Shown here one piece after another: positions 14,131 to 25,300 of a stretch of 64,000 nt of DNA; within the stretch, counting starts at the first letter, position 1, and each line of letters begins with the position of its first letter. The stretch is from assembly GCF_000150275.1 (NCBI RefSeq), contig NW_002060956.1, forward strand, positions 649,379-713,378, given 5' to 3'. The notes beneath the pieces are model-generated. The model was given only the letters and a program-made list of their open reading frames with translations, had not been told where the DNA came from and did no database searches. The stretch comes from Trichoplax adhaerens (Eukaryota > Animalia > Placozoa). A program made the position numbers and the translations under genes.

Positions 14131-16267
14131 TGATTGGTCAAGGGCTGCGTGACGATATCAAGGTGGCCTGTCATGTGGTCAATACGCTCCTGGAGAGAGT
14201 ATCACATCGCATTCAATACATTACAGTCAGTACGCGCGCCTACACCTTTTCCATGCCTCGTGCCACATCAAAACACCTGCTCGATTGTGGTGCTTTTCTG
14301 GACCATGACGGACACGGATCGGTACTAGTAGGTACCGTTTAATGGAAAGGCGTGCCCAAACGTAACAGCCAGTCAAAAACGGCGAGAGGGACATGTCCCC
14401 CCTTCCCTTTTTCAAAGCGCTATTAATTGCACTGTTAAGACATACGTACGCCCCCCCCCCAAAAAGGCAAAAAGAAAAAGTTCTTTCTTGGACTAGAAAG
14501 ACCCTCAGGCAAATGATTTCACTACTTTCACTGCCGTCACTAAAGCAGAACAAGATGGAGGGACGATTGGATTGTTTTCTAATCGCTTTATTGTAGAGTC
14601 GTTTCTTTTTTTTGGGGGGTACCTTGATGATTGCTTTAAACAATCGGACATGGGTAGAAATTACATACTGTATGTTTTCCCAATGAAAAACTTGGTGATA
14701 TCCAAGAATGTCCATTCTGCCACACCTGGTAATGGTAGTAAATGGCCACATCCACTGTAGGAGAGTAGATCATACTATCCTTGAAACTACAATTGTGGGT
14801 TAAGCGTATTGAAATGAAGGATTAATGTTGTTGGAGATGTGCTAGATACCTGCCACTATCGTGGTAGCCATTGGGCGAGGGGAGCCTTATTTCGGTCAAG
14901 ATAGTGTACTGTATGACAGCTTTTCTGACTAGCGATCTATCTTGATTTACAGCTATTGTAGTCAGCGACTTTATTAAAGATACTGTACACAGCATGGATT
15001 AGGAAATAGACAGCTGTGCCAATTAAATGCCAGTCTTGCCATGTGTCAAAGTCTTGTGGTTACTGGATGGATATTTCCAATTTGTGCCTAATGTTAGGGT
15101 TTGATTGCATTACACAATAAGAAAATAAATTTCCTTCAATGAAAAAACAATCTCGTCTACGGATTCTTCCACACTCCATTCACAATGATATGTGTGCAGA
15201 ACAGCTTGATCGCATCAATACATTCAAGAAATGCTTGATGTTAAAGCCAATTTCTACTCAATACTGAATTGATTACAGTATACAAGTGATATAGATCTTA
15301 TGGTCAATGTCCAATCAATGGGGTAGTGTGGATTACAACGGAACATTAGTTCCATCACTGCATGGTAGCGCAACAAACATTTTCAATCAGTGCGACGCCA
15401 TTCAAGCCAATGATAATCAATAAATCAATACCTCACAAAACCATGATCAGTGTTTGATATCACGCACATCTACCTAAATCCGCTACTGTTATCCATAATT
15501 ACTACCTTTCAATAAGCCACATACAGATATAACCAGTCGATGTATTGCACCCAAAATCCATTTGTGGCTCAACAACCGTCCAATGTCCACAGTAGTTAAC
15601 CAAGAGTAAAAGTGTGCATCAATAATAACTCATGATTTTGGTTATACTGCCGCCACAATTGTACTTAACAGCTAAAAGAGATAACCAATTTGCTTCCACA
15701 GACTACTACAATAATTGGCATTTTATTGTATGCATGAATCATCTTTATCTCAATATTTATAACAATCGTAATACTTATTCATATATCATCTCTATAGACA
15801 ATCACTGAAAATTAAAAGTACTACGACTAGTAATTCATTAGCCATTCGATATTTACTAACGTCTCATTTTGTGACTAAACTGTTCCAAAGGGAGTAAAAT
15901 CAAATAGGCTAGTTTCCTCCTACTTCCATACAATTGGAATGCAGCTAGGAACCTTAATTATTCTAAACCGATCCAGGGCTACATTGATACTTTCGATATG
16001 GTAAATACTTGCAGAATAGACTTTGTATTTTATATTGGCTTAATCTTTCCTATGTAGGTACTGTGCGCAGTAGCCGACACTCAACTGCCAATATACTATA
16101 ATTATATCGCAAATCAATTCGTTCAAAAGTCATGCTATTAAACCGATAATAGTCATCTTATTGCCATTATAACCTCGTACAGTGTATGGTTTGAATTATA
16201 GTACAATATCAACAAAATATGGTGGCATACCTAAACGCTACATGTTATCGCTAATAACAGTCTAGAA

Positions 16268-18310
16268 TCAATTTTTGAGAGAGCGAAAGTAGTCCGGCGC
16301 CATTTCCGATAGCCACTCTGGTTCAATAAGACTTAAATCTCTCATATAACATTTGGTTGTTTGAACTAAATCGGTATATACAACATAGGCCGGCTTAGCG
16401 CCAAATAAGCATGAGGTTGGATGTATAGCTACTGGTAAATGATTAGCAATGGTGAGGTATCCACTGTCCGTTTGCAGTTCAGCTGTATTTAAAAATAATC
16501 CAGCAAGAAGGCACCGTCTTACTAATGAAGTATCGTGATTACAAGATACCAATGGTATCCCAATCGTTTGGCATATCTGGCATAATTGTTGACGAATAGC
16601 TATAGCACTTTTCATGGCGCGAATGTTAATAAAGTTCTGATAGCACCAATCTTTGCTACCTTTCGCCGATTTAAAAGCTTTATATAGATTTAATAAAGTA
16701 ACATGATCCCCTTCAGATGATGTTAATTTTCTTCTTACTTCCAAAGCTTGTTCACGCTTATCATAAGGCGTATACAATATTGAATCTTCAGAAAGTAAGG
16801 CTACAAGTGTAACTATCTCTTCTGTACAGTTGTAATTTTTAGCCGTGAGAAGAATTTTGGAGAATCGTGGTTCAAGCGGAAATCGAGCCATAGTTTTACC
16901 TAATTGAGTCAACTGAATATAGTCCATTTTTTCCACTGCACCTAATTGATAAAGTTGTTCAAGTGCATTGCGTAAATTATTAACTGGTGGCCTATCAATA
17001 AAATCGAAATTGATTACATCCTTGATACCAATGGCTAACATTTGCAAAGCAACACCAGTTAGGTTACATCGTTGTATTTCTGGTCTCGTATGAGACGATA
17101 GCTCGTGATACGAATCTTCAGTGTACAGCCGATAGCACATTCCACTTGATTCTCGACCCGCTCGGCCAGTACGCTGCAGTGCTTGATCTTTGGCAATAGG
17201 TTGGACAGTCAAAACATCAAAACCAGTACGTGAATTATATTGTCGAACTTTGACCATACCGGTGTCAATGACAATTTTAATATCTTTAATTGTAACCGAA
17301 GTCTCGGCAAGATTTGTAGCTAGGACTACCTTGCGACTATTAGACGGAGAAGGCTCGAACACTTTCATTTGCTGACGTGGTGGTAGTCCAGCAAACATTG
17401 GACAGATTAGTATTTCTGCTACATTATTCACTAGATGCTTCAGATGACTTTTAAGCAATCTCTCTAAAGATTCAATCTCTTCTTGACCGGTCAAAAATAC
17501 TACAATTCCCCAATGGGGTGGATGGAGCTTGTGGACTTGAAGGATAGCTACTAGAGCAGAATGGAGATAATCTGGTTGAGGCTGAGAGGTATACATAATT
17601 TGTATTGGAAATTGTCTGCCTTCGATATAAATAACTTTGGCATTATCCAGATAATTGATAAAGTGTTGGGGATCCAATGTTGCAGACATAATCATAATCT
17701 TAAGTGGATTTAATTGCGGATTAGTGGCCCTTAACTGTTGACAATTTTTAATAACACCAAATAAAATATCTGTATGGATGGTACGAACATGAGCTTCATC
17801 TAATATTATGATATTGTAGCGGCGTAATAACTGATCATTCATAGCTTCGCGTAGTAACATGCCATCAGTCATATATTTAATTTTGGTAGCAGGTGAACTA
17901 GTATCATCGAATCGCACAGTATAGCCAACTTTAGAACCTAAGCGAGTACCCATCTCTGATGCTACCCGTTCTGCAATAGTGACCGCAGCAACACGTCGAG
18001 GTTGTGTACAAGCAATAATGCCATTACCGCCTAAACCGCTATGATACAGAAATTGAGGTATTTGTGTTGTTTTACCACTACCAGTTTCACCAATGACAAT
18101 TAAGGATGCATTATTTTTAACCTGCAAGCAAATTTCTTTTCTCACTGGGTAAATAGGTAAACGTTTCCTTTCATTAGCAAGATTGGCTGTAATCTTTTGC
18201 ATGTCCTTAGTACGAAATTTTTCGGTTGTGTTACTATTCCATTTTTGTTTGTTGTCAAGTAGTCCAGTGTGCAAATTACCTTGCTTCATATCATCATTAT
18301 TAGTAGCCAT
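16268..18310 (-). CDS. DHX33: DEAH-box RNA helicase DHX33-like, intronless, 680 aa
   Basis: Motifs GETGSGKTTQIPQ, TQPRRVAA, DEAH, SAT, ATNLAETSVT and QRTGRAGR, followed by HA2 and OB-fold regions. A short N-terminus and TKCYMRDL...EWL.E.APDYF fit DHX33. Confidence 0.88.
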   Translation of the reverse strand: MATNNDDMKQGNLHTGLLDNKQKWNSNTTEKFRTKDMQKITANLANERKRLPIYPVRKEICLQVKNNASLIVIGETGSGKTTQIPQFLYHSGLGGNGIIACTQPRRVAAVTIAERVASEMGTRLGSKVGYTVRFDDTSSPATKIKYMTDGMLLREAMNDQLLRRYNIIILDEAHVRTIHTDILFGVIKNCQQLRATNPQLNPLKIMIMSATLDPQHFINYLDNAKVIYIEGRQFPIQIMYTSQPQPDYLHSALVAILQVHKLHPPHWGIVVFLTGQEEIESLERLLKSHLKHLVNNVAEILICPMFAGLPPRQQMKVFEPSPSNSRKVVLATNLAETSVTIKDIKIVIDTGMVKVRQYNSRTGFDVLTVQPIAKDQALQRTGRAGRESSGMCYRLYTEDSYHELSSHTRPEIQRCNLTGVALQMLAIGIKDVINFDFIDRPPVNNLRNALEQLYQLGAVEKMDYIQLTQLGKTMARFPLEPRFSKILLTAKNYNCTEEIVTLVALLSEDSILYTPYDKREQALEVRRKLTSSEGDHVTLLNLYKAFKSAKGSKDWCYQNFINIRAMKSAIAIRQQLCQICQTIGIPLVSCNHDTSLVRRCLLAGLFLNTAELQTDSGYLTIANHLPVAIHPTSCLFGAKPAYVVYTDLVQTTKCYMRDLSLIEPEWLSEMAPDYFRSLKN

Positions 18311-21043
18311 CGTTCAAGTCGATATTGCAATAATCAGCCAAGTTCTATCGATTCATTAACTATCCTATTGGGTGAGTAGTGATCGGTACAGATAGAGCAT
18401 CCCATGCGAAGCAGTGATGATTAAAAATAGAAAATTGAAGATTGTCAATATGCTACACTATTACTGTACTTATTCGTAGTACTGTATCGCGACAGGCCAT
18501 GTGCTGTACTTACTGCTATTCTTGTCCACTTTTTAAAGGTACGTATTATTCATCCTTTGCAATTCAATTTTCATACAAGTTTTAGCACTGTCGTTTTACT
18601 GTATGCCCTATATTATTCACTAAGTTAGAAGTGCAATAACATCGACAGTCAATCATTTCAACAAGACATAGATACTTTTAGACTACTGTATATGGGAATT
18701 GAAAGACACCGTGGCTCAATTACGATACCTTACATGAATAAAGGAAAGCATGGAGCCATTTTAATCATGCAATGCGATACCCTCCCACAAGTAGAGATGA
18801 GCAATACCAATAGTAGTCTTCTCTGTCCGCAGTTTGTGGTCTTGATGGAGATGCCAAATTGTTATACTGTAACTTGGTAAGCGCTAAAGAGTTTCCACGA
18901 TCTCCAAATGAATGATTCCAATGATGAGAGGAAACTATTACTATAATCTAGTCGATATGTTACTACGGCAGCTATGGCAACGTTTCTCAGCACTGCCTTG
19001 ACCCTAAGATTGACGAGTACAGTATACTAAAATCTTACCGGTAAGGTTTACATAGTAGTCTATGTATCAGCGTATGGCGATATCGACTGTACAGTACAGT
19101 ACTGTAGCATGGACTACTACTATAAATCTTACAGGTAAAGATGTAGTCGTCTATGACAGTATAAAAAATGTGTAAAATCGATGTCGTATTATTTTCTTGC
19201 TATTATAACGCAACAACGCCTAAGTTGACGACATCTGTTTTACATCTACTACGATAACAGTCTTTTCCATATTCATTTCTGCCTCCATCAAACTTTTTTC
19301 TCATCAACTTGTTTAATAATTCGGATCAAATCCATTAGACAGACTCAGAATATTTTTACACTATATCATATACAAATAGGCGAAATACATGTCGAAACTT
19401 GTCTATCATCAATTTTTACCATCATTCTTTTCTATGTAACGAAAACCAATTTTCGTCATGATTTGGTCAAGTTCAATTTTCATTCAAGTAATTTCTATTT
19501 CATTTTCCATCCGAATTGATTTTGATACTAACTACTGTTTTTACCTATTTTCCTACCTAAAGCAATGCGATCTTAATACTTACTATACTTCCATCATAAC
19601 GATGCATTCCTCGTTGTGAAAGAGCTCTTCTGTGAATGTTTCCTAAGCGATTTATACCGCATATTCTACTGTTACTTCGAAGTATTACAAATCACCATTT
19701 GGGACACTCTATCTGTGCAATGTGATCAATAAATATCAAGTACAGTAGCCTATCGACTTTGCAGACAGTAAGCGGTTACTTACTGATCCTGTCAGCCTGC
19801 AAGAATATTTACTACAGTGCAGTATCGAGAATGATTACCGCAGAATAAGAAACGAGATTCGCTCTCGTAAGTACCTGTAGGAAAACTACATTATGTTGAG
19901 GCCACAGGTAAATAAGATCGTAGATTAGAATTAGCGGTGTTCATAGATACACCCTATTAGGTGTTATGGCCATCACAGACAACGAGAGGATAATGTTTTA
20001 GATGTCAATTGCAGGAGCCATATTGAACGTTAAGTAGAGTAAGGAATAGTATAGGGAAGGTTAAATAAGATTTTACTTCAATTGATTGAAACGGGGATTT
20101 GATAAACATACTTATCAATCCTCCTTTCTACCAATGTGTAAAAGGCCAACTCCTTGGAGGGGGAGAGAGGTCGATAGCCTTGAGCTAACTGTGTATGTAA
20201 TTACGTTATCTTAAGTTTTACTGCTGCAATATTCAACAATAATATTTTAGGTAAATAAACTATTTTTCACTGCTACGTTGAGGGCTTACTTCGTTGTGTG
20301 ACTGGATACTGTAGGGCTAAAAGTAGTACTTATTAGCAGTACCGGAGAATGGACGAGAAAGAATTCTGATTCTCTCTCATATGCACTGAACGCTGAACCA
20401 AAACGAATTCTTAGTTCCGCTCATAGATCCATTGGATGCTGAATGAGAAGGAATTGTGATTCGCTCTCAACAATTAATTTATAAGCTCTGCATGATAAGT
20501 TGGTATTTATGCTAGTATACAAAATGGAGAGTGAACATCATTTGATTCGCCTTCATACTGTATTTACTGGATGCTGAGATGATAGGAGAATGAATCAGAA
20601 TTCGTTTCTTGTTTTGTGGTGAGATAGACAGTTGTTATAGGACGAGAGATTGTAAAGAGGATGAAGAATAGATTTTAAATTTTGCTATGAAAGTTAAAAA
20701 TCGATACAGTAGAGTGAATCTCGTTATATTAGACCAAAGTTATGAACTACTAAATTATGGTGTATCTAGTAGTCCATGCCAAAGCATTAGTTTCGTTTAT
20801 TTTGTATTTTTTTTAGGGAGGATTAGTAAAGTGCTAGAAAAGATCGCAGGAAACTCATCTACTGCATTGCGGACTCTGCAGTGACGTAAAATACTTCTCG
20901 TACATCTGACCTACAAGCATGATTTATTACGGGCCTGTAGCACAAGTAGCAATGACAATTATTGAATTAAGCTCCTGCTTGATATTTTATGAAATGGTAA
21001 TCGCAGTCGAGGTAATTTAGTTATACGCGTCAATAAAGTAGAT

Positions 21044-21405
21044 AGCAGTCTAAGAAAATGAGATTTTAATTGAATTTGTCATTAGATTTTATCAAAGTAA
21101 AGTACATTAGTCTAAAAGAAATTTTGCGTAATCGATCATTTATGACAGTTGTGACAATTTCACTATAAGTACACAATAACAGTCAGCAGTCGAAGAAAAT
21201 AATATTTTAATTTGATTCATTTACTTGACTTATCAATGTAAAGTAGTTTAATTTAAAAGTAATTTTATCTAATTGATCATTTATGGCAGTTGAGATAATT
21301 TAGTTAAAAATACAGTATAGAAGTCAGCAATTTAAGGAAGTAATATTTTAATTTAAATTATCAATAGACTTTATAAGTGTAAAGTAGTTTAAGAGTCATT
21401 TTATC
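21044..21405. repeat. Diverged 141-bp tandem repeat, about 2.5 copies
   Basis: AGCAGT...TTTTAATT...GTAAAGTA blocks start at 21044, 21185 and 21326; the GATCATTTATG.CAGTTG segment is present in the first two copies. Confidence 0.8.
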
Positions 21406-21811
21406 CGAAACGTAAAAGATGACTTTACTGAAAGATTAGCTTAAACGAAAAAATCATAAGTATTGCGACTCATGTGTGTAATAAAAAGACATTGATAAAT
21501 CAGGTTTGTAGTTAATATCAATCTCTAACGCAATCAGTATTACCGATGCTTTAATTTGCTTTAATTGACCAATGCTTTTAACTTAAATTCTACCATACAA
21601 AATTGAACAAGAACACTAGATCATATTCTACTCTTGAAGCAGCAGGCAAACAAATTGAAGTACGGATATAAAACTGCCTATCAATATTTAACATGAATGT
21701 GAACAAAAGTAATATTTCAATGATTGCAACGATTGTGAGTTAGTAGCTAACATAATGGTACACGGTCGCTTAACCACATAATAAAGATGGCGCTAAAGGA
21801 GGTTGATTAAA

Positions 21812-22387
21812 TCATAAAGTCTCAAAGTCCAAAAAAAATTGATTCAAATTCAATCCATGCAAAAATAAGCTAACAATTGCTACTGTCACTGTAACAATAA
21901 AAATAGTCAATATCGAACTGACAAATAACAGAATCGTTACAAGTAAAATAATGTTGAAAATATGAAGAGTGGGTATCAACGTAAAGAATGTTAACAAATA
22001 GGCAATGATAACCTAGCCAATCTTGCCTATTTTATAAAGTGAAAACGAACGATGCGATAGTAATAGGAACTACCAAATAGATCATTTAAGAAATAATATG
22101 GTTTCGATAACCTTGACAAATATATTGTTAACTACGCCAAAATAAGAATTCATCGACAAGCACAACAACAGCTGTCTATTGGGAAGGGTAACAGTCTGAA
22201 TTGAATAAATCCAGAGTACAACTAAAATCCACTGCGGTATCGAGGTGAAAGCAATAGCAAAGAGGAATAATTGAAATAAAGCAATTTTTAAACCAAAATG
22301 CTATATGATTACAAGAAGTAGAAAGCTAAAAGAATAATATAAGCAGCTGATAGCCAAGTAGATTATAAAGGAAGTAAATGTAGCCAT
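21812..22387 (-). pseudogene. Possible decayed multi-pass membrane protein gene
   Basis: One 192-codon frame starts ATG (MATFTSFIIYLAISCL...), has only 4 internal stops and several long hydrophobic segments, and is continuous with ORF 21812-21997. Confidence 0.4.
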
Positions 22388-25300
22388 TCAAGGTGTAATA
22401 AGAAGTTATAAATTACGGTAAATCATATAGTAATGGACAAATCATAGGCATGAAGAGATTAAACTGTAAGTTGTTGCACACCCTATGCTGTGGATCTTGA
22501 TGATAAAAAAATTGATAGAAAAATCCTGACACATAAAAAGTAATGTTGTAGGTTTCAAGTATTTTCAAGGAGCAAAGTTTTGAACCCTAAACAATACTGT
22601 ATTCCAAATTCGATTTTGGGAGAGACTATTTAAGTTAAATGGGTATGAACATCCACTAATACAGTATGTTGTATTAATCCTGCATAGGTGTCTACATAAG
22701 CATCTAGAACGAACAACATTAAATATTCTTTAATAAATATTTTAATGATCTTAAATTGGATGAATTTCGTTCATTAAGGTATTTCATAACAAACGATTAT
22801 ATTTTCTATCACTAGAATTAATCTGTATATTTATTATTAAAAAATTAAATTGTCCTTATATACTGAATTAAATATAAATGTTTAAGAAAATTGTATTTTA
22901 ATCATCAATATATCATACTATTAATGAAGTATAGAAAGACGATGTAGCCTTAAAACGAATTAAAAAATATACCATCGAAATCTTATCTACAGTAACTTAA
23001 CTGTTATTAATATGCATCGAAATCACAAATTATTATTGTTATCTTACAAGATACAATCAAAGCAGGATAAAAATAGGTTAAATTTATCGCCATAAACTCA
23101 AGCTATTGATAAAAAGTGATAAAGATTGATGATTGCCATTTATTACAGTAAACAAATAGTAGAGTTGATTGTTTTGATATTGCGATAACTTTAAAATAGA
23201 TATGTAATATTACCATTTTGTGGGGAAGGGATAAGATTAGATTGATTATGTCACCTTAAAAAAAATGTTAGCAATTGATGCCCGAATCAACGATAGGTCG
23301 AAGAATTGCATTGCAATATATTGTGCGCGAATCATAATTATTTTATATCTAATGAAACGACTGTTTATTTTACTATTGAAGCGATGATTTCACTTGAAGC
23401 AGTTAACCATATTTTTCTTTACACACTATCTGCAATAAGTCTGAATTAAAATAATCATTGAATTATATCACTGAAATGAAGATAAAAATCAAAGAAATTA
23501 TCCTATCAGAGCTTATCCTGTCACTGAACAATGTATTCCATCTGCATCATTATTGCAGACTTGTTAATTATTGACTATAATTATCATCTATAGCAAATAG
23601 CTTTCTCGTTTCTGCCCTTTATGGAATTAATTATTATCATTTTTATTTTATTGTTATAGAAAATTTAAAGTGAAACTTGAAAAAATTTGTATTATACGTT
23701 CTATCCCATTCATTTCTAGCTTTTATTAAGAAGGATACTGTAGCATCCACTGAAAGACGTCAACATCAAGAGAAATGATGAAGATTATGCACATACTTTT
23801 ACAGATAAAGAGCTAGATAGCGCTACTATATTGTTATTAGAGATAAAGATTGATATGTATCCTTGTTAATCAAATAATAGAACATGAAAAGAACGCAAGT
23901 TAATAAATTAAGCAATCGACATCGATATATTATATATTAATTTTAAAATATTGCATCGTCTTGCTTATCACAAGAGTGATCCTATATGCGACAGCTAATG
24001 ATGAAGTATAAACAAAACATTATTTCGATTATATAAAATTTTATCAGCCCTAATTAGCAAATAATTTCTAAATAAAAATCGTCTAGAAATGAATAAAATA
24101 GGTAAAAACTAATTATTGTAACAACTCAGAAAATACTACTGGTATTTTACAAAAATTGCCTATTTTCACTTAATTTATCATCTAAAGATATGTTATATTA
24201 GATTATATGTCGTATTGATATTATAGAAGCGGAATTCTTGAGACTAGGATCACCAACGCCTCTTTACAGTGGTGTATTAATGTCAAAAAATTATACAGTT
24301 TATAGATTGCTACGATATCTATTGTTGCAAGCGTAAGATAGAAATTAATGTTAAGTAAAATCAGTTAAATCAATTTTGCGCTAGAAAATAAAGAGGAAAT
24401 AAAAGTAATTATAATTTTTTTGAAATAATAGCCAAAGAAACTATCTCACTCTAATTAATTTTATGCAAATATTCTAGTCTAATTTTAACTAAAACTACTA
24501 TTTACTTTTTTTGACTTCCTCAAAAATTTTACTATCAGAAAATGAAATTGTATATAAAAAATAACATCAATGCCAATTAAAATAGCGAAATTATGACAAT
24601 TGCAACATTAGGAACAGGTAATCAAACAATCAGAGTCATCTAAAAACTTCTTCCATATAATCATTTCCTAAATTTTTTGTTATCATTCATCAATCGATAA
24701 AAATGATTGGAAGAGCTATCTTTCAGTATTGCTAAAATTACCGCAAATGATTGGAATATTTTTGCAATTAGTAAACATGAATAACTGCTTGAGTCATTCT
24801 CATAATGGTAATCAAAATAGACTAAGAGATTTCTCTTCGAAACCAATGAGAAAGAGGTTGACTATAAAAGCTCCCGAACTACAATATTATAATCTAATTT
24901 TTTTCCATTGCCCAATGCTGATTGCTATTTATGGGCAATTTTTATTATATTGAAAGGAGATCGTGAAGATTGAATAGGGAGGATCTCGTATGATGTCGGA
25001 TTAAAAGTAATGGTAGGTAAATAAAGTTGATACCATTCTATGAAGCGGATGCTTGACGTAATTACTGAATTGAGAGTAATCAAAATTCTATCAAGGAACT
25101 ATTGCAATCCCATTGCGTAATTGTTAATAATTTAATTTTAAATTTCCGTAGTACAATTTTTTTCTCATCTACTTTGAGCTAAAGAGAATCCTATACCATA
25201 AAGTCAACATAAATGAAATAATCGAACAATTCTAATAATACTGATATTATTTGAAATATTAATAATAGCCATTAATTGTTCCAATCTTTCTATAAAATTT

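Noticed and set aside
13662-14342. Several overlapping ORFs upstream of CBS
   Set aside because: They are by-products of the GC-rich 108-bp tandem repeat.
24729-24953. LRR-like words (LLKLPQMIG..LQLVNM) in a short ORF
   Set aside because: A single imperfect repeat with no continuation or splice support.
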